Source: an uncultured Lachnospiraceae bacterium
GTDB taxonomy: Bacteria; Bacillota; Clostridia; Oscillospirales; CAG-272
Length of the DNA: 64,000 nt
Direction: 5' to 3'
Assembly: GCA_964631595.1 (NCBI GenBank)
Contig: CAZVXL010000010.1
Span: 685 to 64,684, forward strand
The position numbers were made by a program, and so were the translations under genes. Numbering within the stretch: position 1 is the first letter of the stretch; each line of letters opens with the position of its first letter. Positions 20,319 to 29,013 of this stretch are shown in pieces. The notes beneath the pieces were generated by a model that saw only the letters and a list, made by a program, of their open reading frames with translations, searched no databases and had not been told where the DNA came from.

Positions 20319-21210
20319 CTCTGCGTACCTCCGAGGCGGTGGGAACATTATCGAGAGTTTCACCGCAGGCCTCCCAAAGCGATACAGCGGCGGCGGCAAA
20401 GCGCGATGCCGCAACGATGTTCCCGCATCTGAGATATTCGGAAATCAGGGCGGGCAGGAACACGTCGCAGAAGAAGTGTCCCTTTGAGGTCTGATCGAGT
20501 ATCTTGCCGTATCTTCCGTCATATACGTAGATACATCCGTTGTTCATGCGGAATACGGTGTATTCGACGGAGACCTGCCTGCCGAGCTCAATGGCGGCGC
20601 GGAGGGCAAGCTCGGGATTCGACGGAGCAAGCCCCGTGATCGCGAGCACGGAGCGCGCATCTCCGACAAACAGCTTCATCGCCTTCGGCAGATGGATGCT
20701 GTCGCGGCTGTCCACGTCGGAGGCGCTCACGTAAAGCTCAATGCCCTTTTCCGCGGCAAAGCGCTCTGCCGCCGCTGCCGCCTCGGGTGCTCCCTCAAGC
20801 CTCAGAAGAACTCCGTCGGGGTAGCAGTTGAACGATTCCTCGACATCTGTTGCGGTAAGCCTTGCGGCGGCTCCGCGATAGGTGATGATGCGTGTATCGC
20901 AGGACTCCTCCTCAATGCTTACGGAAAGAGAGGTGGCGGCGGTCTTGTCTCGAACGGTGAATCTGGTGTCAACTCCCATGGAGGAGAGCATTGATATGAG
21001 CTTTGTGCCGTTGGAGTCCTTGCCGACCTTTGCGAGAAGCGCGGCCTCGATCCCCATTCTTGCGGCGGCGAGAGCGGCGGCGGCGGCGAGACAGTCGGGC
21101 GAGTAGCCGTATTTCAGACCGTCGAGCTTTTCGCCGGCATACGGTAGGCGGTCACACTGAAGCTTCAGTCTTACGCCTGCGGCTCCGATCACGAGCAATC
21201 TTTTTTTCAT
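20305..21210 (-). CDS. PfkB/ribokinase-family protein with degenerate motifs
   Basis: LLVIG, AAARMG....LAKVGKDSNG, GVDTRF, YRGAAARL; the C-terminal DTxGAGD signature is degenerate. Confidence 0.75.
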   Translation of the reverse strand: MKKRLLVIGAAGVRLKLQCDRLPYAGEKLDGLKYGYSPDCLAAAAALAAARMGIEAALLAKVGKDSNGTKLISMLSSMGVDTRFTVRDKTAATSLSVSIEEESCDTRIITYRGAAARLTATDVEESFNCYPDGVLLRLEGAPEAAAAAERFAAEKGIELYVSASDVDSRDSIHLPKAMKLFVGDARSVLAITGLAPSNPELALRAAIELGRQVSVEYTVFRMNNGCIYVYDGRYGKILDQTSKGHFFCDVFLPALISEYLRCGNIVAASRFAAAAVSLWEACGETLDNVPTASEVRRDANI

Positions 21211-21342
21211 GTTATCCGTCCTTTCCGGAGGTCGCTTCGATCCCATTCATTATCTATTATATATTCTACCACTCAACCGTATCGCCGTCAAGTCGGGAGA
21301 TGTAAAAATGCGGGAGCGAGACCCGAAAATCGGAGTATCCTC

Positions 21343-21371
21343 TTGACAATTTGCCCGAGAGTGTGTATCAT
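21343..21371 (+). promoter_or_regulatory. Promoter of dut
   Basis: TTGACA-17-TATCAT. Confidence 0.75.
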
Positions 21372-21414
21372 TATTTTGAATCAAGGTAAATACGGCTGAT
21401 AAGGAGAATACGGC

Positions 21415-21855
21415 ATGAGTGTAAAAATAAAGAAGGTACGCGGTACCGCAAAGGTACCGAGACGCGCCACACCGGATGCGGCGGGGGCGGATCTCTACGC
21501 CTGCCTTGACACGGAATCCGTGGAGATAGGCGTGGGAGAGACGGTGCTCATACCTACCGGAATAGCGGCGGAGATACCGAGCGGATACGCGGGATTGATA
21601 CTTGCGAGAAGCGGCTTGGCATCAAAGAGAGGGCTTGCTCCCGCAAATAAGGTGGGACTTATAGATTCGGATTATCGCGGGGAGCTTATGGTGGCGCTTC
21701 ACAATCACGGCATCGCCCCTCAGACGGTGGATAATTACGAGAGAGTCGCACAGCTTATGATAATTCCCTACGTGCAGGCGGATTACGAGGAGGTCGATGA
21801 GCTCTCGGATACGGTGCGCGGTGAGGGCGGCTTCGGCTCCACCGGAAGCAAATAA
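21415..21855 (+). CDS. dut: dUTP diphosphatase
   Basis: AGADL, RSGLA, GLIDSDYRGE, RVAQL, RGEGGFGSTG. Confidence 0.98.
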   Translation: MSVKIKKVRGTAKVPRRATPDAAGADLYACLDTESVEIGVGETVLIPTGIAAEIPSGYAGLILARSGLASKRGLAPANKVGLIDSDYRGELMVALHNHGIAPQTVDNYERVAQLMIIPYVQADYEEVDELSDTVRGEGGFGSTGSK

Positions 21856-21861
21856 ACAAAC

Positions 21862-21890
21862 AAAGGTCTCCGAATATCGGAGACCTTTTT
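21862..21890. terminator. Bidirectional terminator dut/pyk
   Basis: aaaggtctccga / tcggagaccttt followed by a T-tract. Confidence 0.85.
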
Positions 21891-21920
21891 GCGTATTATC
21901 GTGAGAACATATGCCCGAGC

Positions 21921-23348
21921 TCAGGCTCTCCCTTCGACCATCTGCACCTTGATGATGTTGGTCGAGCCGGAGGTGTTGAGCGGTACGCCCGCCGTGATGA
22001 CGACTCTGTCACCGGGGGCGACCAGATCTATCTGCTTGGCACAGTCGATGGCGTGGAGGAACAGACTGTCGGTGTCGTCCTGACTCCTTGCGAGCACGGG
22101 GAACACTCCCCATGAAAGAGAGAGCTGATGGAAGGTCTTCTCCAGAGGAGTTGCGGCGATTATCGGCTGAGACGGGCGGAATTTCGAAACACGTCTTGCC
22201 GTGTGACCGGATTTTGTGACCGCGATGATGGCGCGTGCGCTCAGATCCTTCGCCGTCGTGCAGGCGGCGTCACACAGAGCGTTTGTCGTATCGTTTGCAT
22301 CATTGTCGTGGACAAGCCCGTTGTAGGCGTTCATATCCATCGCATCAAGCTCCGCCTGCTCCGCGATCCGCGCCATTACCTTTACGACGAGTGCCGGATG
22401 CTCACCCATGGCGGTCTCTCCCGAGAGCATGACAGCCGAGGTGCCGTCGAATACGGCGTTGGCGACGTCGGTGATCTCGGCACGTGTGGGGGTGGTGCTG
22501 TGGATCATCGACTCCAGCATCTGAGTGGCGCAAATGACCATCTTGCCGGACATATAGCATTTTCTGATGAAGCGCTTTTGGATACCGGGGAGCTTTTCGT
22601 ATTCGATCTCAACTCCCATATCGCCTCTTGCGACCATGATGCCGTCGGAGAAGTGCAGTATCTCGTCGAAATTCCGAACGCCCTGTATGTTTTCGATCTT
22701 GGAGATGATCTTGATACTGTGTCCGCCGTTGTAATCGAGGAATTTTCTCAGCGCTATCACGTCATCCTTGCTGCGGACAAAGGAGGCGGCGATGAAATCC
22801 ACCTGCTCCCTTATGCCGAACAGCAGGTCCGCTTCGTCGGCGGGGCTGAGATACGGCATATCGAGCTCAACATTCGGTACGTTTACGCCCTTGTGCGTGC
22901 TGATCGGGCCGCCGGAGTTCACGGTGCAGTGTATCTCGGTGTCCGTCGTGTCGTTTACGGTCAGCTTGATGCGTCCGTCGTCGATCAGCAGACGGTCTCC
23001 GGCATGAAGCTGAGAGGGAAGCTTTTTGTAGGATATGCCCACGGCAGCCTTGTCTCCCTGAATATCTTCAACGGTGAAGGTGAAGCTCTGCCCGTCATTC
23101 AGTATCGTGTCGGGCTTCACGTTGCCGAGCCTGATCTCGGGTCCCTTTGTGTCAAGCATCAGCGCGGCGGGTCTTTTCAGCCTGTCGCGCACACTGCGGA
23201 ACAGCTCTATCGTCTTTTTGTGTTCATCGTGAGTACCGTGCGAGAAGTTCAGCCGTGCTACGTTCATTCCCGCATGGAACATCTCGGTCAAGACCGCCTC
23301 ACTTGTGCTGGCGGGGCCGAGCGTACAGATGATCTTTGTTCTTCTCAT
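21921..23348 (-). CDS. pyk: Pyruvate kinase
   Basis: RRTKIICTLGP, RLNFSHG, DTKGPEIR, MVARGDMGVE, ATQMLESM, MLSGETA. Confidence 0.99.
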   Translation of the reverse strand: MRRTKIICTLGPASTSEAVLTEMFHAGMNVARLNFSHGTHDEHKKTIELFRSVRDRLKRPAALMLDTKGPEIRLGNVKPDTILNDGQSFTFTVEDIQGDKAAVGISYKKLPSQLHAGDRLLIDDGRIKLTVNDTTDTEIHCTVNSGGPISTHKGVNVPNVELDMPYLSPADEADLLFGIREQVDFIAASFVRSKDDVIALRKFLDYNGGHSIKIISKIENIQGVRNFDEILHFSDGIMVARGDMGVEIEYEKLPGIQKRFIRKCYMSGKMVICATQMLESMIHSTTPTRAEITDVANAVFDGTSAVMLSGETAMGEHPALVVKVMARIAEQAELDAMDMNAYNGLVHDNDANDTTNALCDAACTTAKDLSARAIIAVTKSGHTARRVSKFRPSQPIIAATPLEKTFHQLSLSWGVFPVLARSQDDTDSLFLHAIDCAKQIDLVAPGDRVVITAGVPLNTSGSTNIIKVQMVEGRA

Positions 23349-23584
23349 GAAATCATTCCCTCGTTTTATGTACATATGTTATATATGTATATTATACCAC
23401 AGATTTGCAATGTCACAATACCCCGCGACGGATATTTTGAAAAAATTAACATGAAACAATTATCCCTGTTTTCTTGCTGTTCATATTGACAGAATAGTAC
23501 AAAATATGATAATATTTATACATAAACTATTTACACCTTAAATGGTATGCTTATAAACTGCGCTGTCTGACTGCGTGAGAGAGG

Positions 23585-24496
23585 ATGGGCTTTGATATGG
23601 AACACGAAAATACTGCGGAAGCTGTTGCCGTAGTGCAAAAGAAGAAAAAGGAACGGGAGTTCCGCAGGGTGAGATCGGTCTCTCCCATGACGGTCATAGT
23701 TCCGTACATCATGAAGAACCGCACCGGCTCACAGAATATGATAAGCGACCGCATCAATGTACACAAGCTTGACAAGTACATTAAGGAAAAGCAGAGCGAG
23801 GGCTTCAAGAATCTGAATTATATGCACGTGCTGATCGCTGCGTACATACGGCTCGTGTCCCAGAGGCCGGCTCTTAACAGATTCATCAGAGGACAGCGCA
23901 TCTACACCAGACGCAACGTCGAGATATCGCTTGTGATCAAAAAGGAGATGACGCTTGAGGCACCGGATACGGTAATAAAGATCAAGCTCTCTCCCGATTC
24001 CACCGTCGATGACGTGTACAGAGAGCTTGATCGCGCGGTCGAGGAATACCGCGCAAATCCCGGCGGAGCCTTTGACGATACCGCGAAGGTGCTCAGCTTT
24101 ATTCCGGGACTTTTCCTCAAGTTTTCGATATGGCTCCTGCAGGGAATGGACTATTTCGGATTGCTCCCCGGCTTCCTGACAAATGTCAGCCCCTTCCACT
24201 GCTCGTATTTCATCACTTCGATGGGCTCTCTCGGTATCCCTTCTATCTACCACCACCTGTACGACTTCGGTACCTGCCCCGTGTTCTGCTCCTTCGGAAC
24301 GAGACAGCGCGTGTACGAGGTCAATGCGGACGGCTCCGTCTGCCAGCAGAAGTACGTGGATGTGAGCTTTGTTACCGACGAGAGAATATGCGACGGATAC
24401 TATTTTGCCTCGTCTCTGAGAATGATGAAAAGCATCTTGAGGAACCCTTGGGTGCTTGACACCCCCCCTGAGCAGGTGATTTGCGACGTTCCGTGA
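23585..24496 (+). CDS. Stand-alone 2-oxoacid dehydrogenase E2 / CAT-like acyltransferase-fold protein
   Basis: RPALNRF, ITSMGSLG, and TDERICDG at the position of the HxxxDG motif. Confidence 0.7.
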   Translation: MGFDMEHENTAEAVAVVQKKKKEREFRRVRSVSPMTVIVPYIMKNRTGSQNMISDRINVHKLDKYIKEKQSEGFKNLNYMHVLIAAYIRLVSQRPALNRFIRGQRIYTRRNVEISLVIKKEMTLEAPDTVIKIKLSPDSTVDDVYRELDRAVEEYRANPGGAFDDTAKVLSFIPGLFLKFSIWLLQGMDYFGLLPGFLTNVSPFHCSYFITSMGSLGIPSIYHHLYDFGTCPVFCSFGTRQRVYEVNADGSVCQQKYVDVSFVTDERICDGYYFASSLRMMKSILRNPWVLDTPPEQVICDVP

Positions 24497-24631
24497 TGCA
24501 AACGGAGAAAAAAACTTCGAAAATCAAAAAAATACTGTCAATAATTACATAAAAGGTATTGAAAAATCTTTCGATTTGTGTTAATATAAACTATCAGGGT
24601 ATGATACCCAAAAATATCAAGGAGAAACATC

Positions 24632-26113
24632 ATGAAAAGAATTATTTCTTGTATTCTTACCGCGGCAATGCTGGTCGGAATGCTCGCAATCGGCGGCGTG
24701 GCCGCGGGCACAGAGGACATCGCTCTGAAGTTCGACGACACCCGCATCAAGAACGGCGGCGGAGACAAGGGCTACGCTGCATACAGCATAGATACCGAAA
24801 AGTATCCCGATGCTCCCGACATTCTTGACGGAGGCGGCTTCACCGTATCGATGAAATTTACCATGGGACATGAGGCTCACTGTGTACACCCCGTTGATCC
24901 CAATATGTTCCATTCTTCGAAGTTCGCATTTACCATGGGAGACTCCGAGGGTACTCACAAGTATTTCGGCTACAGCGCTACAAGAGGAACCTTCTTCTTC
25001 GCTGTATGCGGGAACTCCCCCTTCTCGGGTGAGGGTACCGACGGACTTGAGTATCTGGCAGAGTCCGAGGCGGGTCTCGTAAAGCCCGGTGTTGAGTACG
25101 ATGTGGCATATGAGCTGGTAGGCGACGAGGGCTACAGCGCCGGCGAGGCTTACATCAACATTTATCTTGACGGTGTAAAGGTACTCAGCTTCGATATCTA
25201 CGCCGATCTTGACTACCCCACCTACTTCCCCTACAGCTACTTGATTTTCTTCCCGACTCATATCAACTGCTACGTTGACGATCTGGCTGTTTACGATAAC
25301 GGCGTATACAATCCTGCTACCGGAGAGGGCGCAGACGATTATATAACCTTTACCGATTTCAGCGATGCCGAGGTAAAGTACGTTACCGAGACCGGCGATG
25401 ACGGAGTCGAGACCACCAACCGTGAGGTCAACATTCCCAACTGGGGCGTATGGGCTGACTGCTATGACCTTGTAAACAAGGCAGACGAAGTATACTGCCA
25501 GCCTCAGAATACACCTGCCGACGGACAGATGAATATCGTTTTCGAGAACGACGTTGATTCCGTTACCGGCAGAGATTTCACCGCAAAGCTCTCCGCAGTT
25601 AACAACTCCGGCATAAGCAACCTTGAGCTTCAGCTCATGAACGATCCCGATATCACCGTTGTATCCGTAGAGGCTGCCGACGGACTCACTGCAACTCTCG
25701 GTGAGGCAGATGCAAAGGGCGTAAGAAAGCTCACACTCAGCGGAAGCAACTACACCGGTGAGGAGCTTGCGACCATCACCTATCACATGAGCGACAACGC
25801 CGTTCAGGGCTTCATATACGGCTACGGCGCGAAGACCGATGATGCAAAGCTTACCGAGCTCGGTATCGTTGTAACCAACGGACTTACCGAGGTCTACAAT
25901 TACACTGTAGGCGATCCCAACGGCGACGGTAAGTTCAACATTGCAGACGTTATCACCATCATGAAGATGACTGCAAAGTGGGATCTCCCCCTTGTATTCA
26001 CCGAGGCGGGCGATGTAAACGGAGACGGCCGTACCAACAACATGGATGCAACCTATTACCTCAGATGGCTTGCAAAGTGGAAGGGCTACATGATCAACGG
26101 TATCGCATATTAA
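24632..26113 (+). CDS. Secreted ConA/LamG-like domain + cohesin-like domain + C-terminal dockerin
   Basis: Signal peptide; NIYLDG and YVDDLAVY (ConA-like); NNSGISNLELQL..DP and ELATITY (cohesin-like, weaker); GDPNGDGKFNIAD / GDVNGDGRTNNMD dockerin. Confidence 0.65.
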   Translation: MKRIISCILTAAMLVGMLAIGGVAAGTEDIALKFDDTRIKNGGGDKGYAAYSIDTEKYPDAPDILDGGGFTVSMKFTMGHEAHCVHPVDPNMFHSSKFAFTMGDSEGTHKYFGYSATRGTFFFAVCGNSPFSGEGTDGLEYLAESEAGLVKPGVEYDVAYELVGDEGYSAGEAYINIYLDGVKVLSFDIYADLDYPTYFPYSYLIFFPTHINCYVDDLAVYDNGVYNPATGEGADDYITFTDFSDAEVKYVTETGDDGVETTNREVNIPNWGVWADCYDLVNKADEVYCQPQNTPADGQMNIVFENDVDSVTGRDFTAKLSAVNNSGISNLELQLMNDPDITVVSVEAADGLTATLGEADAKGVRKLTLSGSNYTGEELATITYHMSDNAVQGFIYGYGAKTDDAKLTELGIVVTNGLTEVYNYTVGDPNGDGKFNIADVITIMKMTAKWDLPLVFTEAGDVNGDGRTNNMDATYYLRWLAKWKGYMINGIAY

Positions 26114-26243
26114 GTTGACTTGATTTCAGGATCCTTGCCCGTCATAACAGCCCCCGCAAACGCGCGCAGCTATGCGTCGGAGTCTGATAATGGCGGGCTC
26201 GGCTCCGTTTTGAGGTATTTGACATAGAATTTTCATAAAAATC

Positions 26244-26272
26244 TTGAAAAAAGCTCTTACATATGATATAAT
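26244..26272 (+). promoter_or_regulatory. Promoter of the 26325 surface protein
   Basis: TTGAAA-17-TATAAT with extended TG. Confidence 0.75.
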
Positions 26273-26324
26273 TGATACAATGCGATATGTCATTTCCGAA
26301 AAGACATAATACAAGGAGGAGAAA

Positions 26325-27332
26325 ATGAAAAGATTTATTGCAGTAATAATGAGCGTTATGATGCTAACCGGTCTTGCAATCGGTACATCCGCTGCAGGAC
26401 AGATCCTTTTTACCGATGATTTCAATTCCGGAACGCTTAACCCCAACAACTGGATCGTTGAGGGTAACCTCTACTTCATCGACGATGTCACCGATTCCGC
26501 AAACCCCAGCCTTGCCGCATACAATGATGGTGTTATATGCCAGATGGAGTACAGATACGACTACACCTCGACCCCGAGACTTTTCACCAATGCGGCTATT
26601 TCCGCGCGCATCAACATCAGAGAGTATGACGGTGACGGCGGACATAGCGTAGGCTTCTGGTGGAGAGACAATTTCAGCTACGTTTCCGAGAACGAGGGCG
26701 GAACCGATAAGGAGTCGCTCGGCGCGGTCTGGAACCTGATGTACAACGATAACGAGAAGCAGCTTCAGCTTCTCGTAGACGGTGAGGAAACTCCCCGTGC
26801 GACAGCTCCCGTATCCGGCGTTGAGGTCGGTGATGGCGATGAGTACTGGTTCACCATCGGCTGGAGAGTAATGCCCGGCAGAATGACAGGCTATATCAAT
26901 AATCAGAAGCTTATTGATTATTCTTCTCCCGAAATTCTCGCTACAAACGGAAGCCCGTTCCTTCTTATTAATGACGATCTGTACGTGGCATTTGACGATA
27001 TCGTAGTTGCTACCGCAGATTACAACCTCTTTAATGAGAGTGAGAACTTTGTGACCGGCGGAGAGACCACCGCTCCCGCATCCGAGACCACCACTCAGAA
27101 GGTACAGGTAACTGTTACCGATGAGAAGGGTAATGCCGTTACGGATGACAAGGGACAGGTAGTTACCTCCGAGAGCATCGTAACCGAGAAGCCCGCTCCC
27201 GCAGAGACCAACAAGAACGGTACTGCCGGCGGAACAGCCACCTCCACGGGTGATGCGACCTTTATCGTGATCGCCGCAATGGTAGCCACACTCGGATGCG
27301 CGGTCGTAATTAAGAAGGCCACCGAGAAATAA
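26325..27332 (+). CDS. Cell-surface protein: ConA-like beta-sandwich, Thr-rich linker, sortase-like tail
   Basis: Signal peptide; LFTDDF, GYINNQKLI, VAFDDIVV; ETTAP linker; ATSTGD + hydrophobic helix + KK. Confidence 0.7.
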   Translation: MKRFIAVIMSVMMLTGLAIGTSAAGQILFTDDFNSGTLNPNNWIVEGNLYFIDDVTDSANPSLAAYNDGVICQMEYRYDYTSTPRLFTNAAISARINIREYDGDGGHSVGFWWRDNFSYVSENEGGTDKESLGAVWNLMYNDNEKQLQLLVDGEETPRATAPVSGVEVGDGDEYWFTIGWRVMPGRMTGYINNQKLIDYSSPEILATNGSPFLLINDDLYVAFDDIVVATADYNLFNESENFVTGGETTAPASETTTQKVQVTVTDEKGNAVTDDKGQVVTSESIVTEKPAPAETNKNGTAGGTATSTGDATFIVIAAMVATLGCAVVIKKATEK

Positions 27333-27399
27333 TCTCGGGTAAAGCCGCAAATAATTCATAAATATTACAGTATTTCCGTTAAATGCTGCGGGCTTTTTC

Positions 27400-27448
27400 A
27401 AAAAAAAATAAAAAAAGGCTTGAAATTGGGAGAATACTGTGATACAAT
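27400..27448 (+). promoter_or_regulatory. Strong promoter of the anchoring cohesin gene
   Basis: A-tract UP-like element 27400-27416, TTGAAA(27420)-17-TACAAT(27443), extended TG. Confidence 0.75.
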
Positions 27449-27524
27449 ACACTTGTCCAATCGCGCCATGGTTGCACAGACTGTGGGCGTAGGAAAAATA
27501 TATGTACATATAAGGAGAAAAAAC

Positions 27525-28298
27525 ATGAAAAAGATCATTTCTGTGCTTTGCGTTCTTGCTATGATGGCAAGCTTCGCTTGCATCGGTGCATCTGCTGCCG
27601 ATGTTCCTGTAACCTTCTCTGTAGTTGCAGATGACGTTAAGCCCGGTGACACTGAGATCAACGCTATGCTCGTTGTAACTCTTCCCGAGGGCGCTACCGG
27701 CTATGAGCTCGGCGCTTTCAAGCTTGATGTTGCTTACGATGCTTCCAAGATGGCTCTTACCCTTAACGAGGATGACGAGCTTGATTGGCAGGTAAAGGGT
27801 ACTACAATGACCTCTCCTACCCCTGACACTAACCCCTATACTGTCATTTGGGCTGACACCAACGCAAGATTTAAGTCTGCAGGCGCTAACAACGCTGTAG
27901 CTCTTAAGTTCACTCTTGCTAAGGCTGCTGAGGTTGGCGATACCTTCGAGATCAACGTAACCGTTAACGAGGCTCTCTCCTTGGCAAGCAAGGACGGCAC
28001 ATATCAGGAAGTTGCATATGATGCAGCTGCTATTCCGGTAGTTAACTTTGCTTCTACCGTAGTTGCTCCTGCTACTACCACTGCTGCAGCTACCACTGTT
28101 GCAGATACCACTGTTGCAGATACCACTGTTGCTGATGAGACCACCGCAGCTCCTGCAGATGATACCACCGCAGCTCCTGCTACCACTAAGGCTCCCGATA
28201 AGGCTACCCAGACCGGCGACATGATGTTCGTTGTTGTTGCTGTTATGGTTGTTGCTCTCGGCGCAGCTGTAGTTGTAAAGAAGGTTAACGTTAAGTAA
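27525..28298 (+). CDS. Wall-anchored single-cohesin scaffoldin (ScaE-like architecture)
   Basis: Signal MKKIISVLCVLA; cohesin-like YELGAFKLDVAYD..VIWAD..ALKFTLAKAAEVGDTFEI; T/A-rich linker; KATQTGD + hydrophobic helix + KKVNVK. Confidence 0.75.
   Translation: MKKIISVLCVLAMMASFACIGASAADVPVTFSVVADDVKPGDTEINAMLVVTLPEGATGYELGAFKLDVAYDASKMALTLNEDDELDWQVKGTTMTSPTPDTNPYTVIWADTNARFKSAGANNAVALKFTLAKAAEVGDTFEINVTVNEALSLASKDGTYQEVAYDAAAIPVVNFASTVVAPATTTAAATTVADTTVADTTVADETTAAPADDTTAAPATTKAPDKATQTGDMMFVVVAVMVVALGAAVVVKKVNVK
28091..28180 (+). repeat. Intragenic tandem repeats encoding the Thr/Ala linker
   Basis: taccactgttgc(a/t)ga x3 (15-nt period, TTVAD) and accaccgcagctcctgc x2 (24-nt period). Confidence 0.9.
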
Positions 28299-28323
28299 TT
28301 AACGCTTAATAAGGTACTTTATA

Positions 28324-28349
28324 GGGCATTCCTCTCGTAGGAGTGCCCT
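28324..28349 (+). terminator. Hairpin downstream of the anchoring cohesin gene
   Basis: gggcattcct / aggagtgccc stem; a second hairpin gcatggcgc/gcgccatgc + ttttt follows at about 28369-28394. Confidence 0.65.
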
Positions 28350-28430
28350 AAAGTATTTTGCGGAAATGGCATGGCGCTTGCGCCATGCTTTTTGCGTATC
28401 CGAGAGAATCAAAGTGCGGCGGCGCAGTCA

Positions 28431-28953
28431 CTTTTGTGCCCAAGCGCGCGATCCTCGCGACTTGCGCCGTACCCGCCCTGTTCTGCGTCCGCCCGCCGCG
28501 TTCGTCCTCCGCTGAGGCTTCACTCCTCATACACCTGAGCTTGTTACTGCGTTCCCGCGCCGTGCCGCGCAGCTCCGCACGACGTTTCCACGTTGTGCTG
28601 CGCCGCCGAGCCCACGCCCACGTTACCCGTTCTTTTGCCTGCTTAGCTCCGCCGGCGTAGCATCTCAGCCGCGCTTTGTATCACCTTGGCGAAAGTCCAC
28701 AAGTTGCGGACGCTGTGCCGTACAGTCAAGATACCGTGCCTGCGCATGCGTTACTCCACTCATTCTCCTGTTTTGTGCCCCTTGCGCGCAACCACGCGAA
28801 ACTTCGTGAACATACGAGTCGCGCGTATCGCTGTGTTTCCTCGCTGTGTCCGCCCTTCACCGAGACCTCGCATCCGTACCCGCATCCACGGACACCCGCG
28901 TCGTGTTTAAGCAGTCCCGCGTCCGTCCTCAGCCGCCGTGCCGCGCAGCTCCG
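28431..28953. repeat. Degenerate direct repeats in a GC-rich non-coding interval
   Basis: gccgtgccgcgcagctccg at 28559 and 28935; ttttgtgccc..gcgcgc near 28432 and 28771; ccgtacccgc twice. Confidence 0.6.
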
Positions 28954-28958
28954 AATAC

Positions 28959-28995
28959 AAAAAAACACCCCACGGTACCTCGTACCGTGGGGTGT
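28959..28995 (-). terminator. Terminator of the oxidoreductase/TIM-barrel operon
   Basis: Perfect 14-bp stem acaccccacggtac/gtaccgtggggtgt with an A-tract on the left. Confidence 0.9.
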
Positions 28996-29013
28996 GATGC
29001 TATTTGCGGTCGG

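Noticed and set aside
27525-27600. Cohesin proteins as lipoproteins because of conserved Cys in their signal peptides (SFAC, SMAC, SLFC, SLCC)
   Set aside because: Poor fit to the lipobox, and an AxA-type signal peptidase I site follows; a SignalP run would settle it
28431-28953. CRISPR array or IS element
   Set aside because: No regular repeat-spacer period, no cas or transposase gene, no terminal inverted repeats
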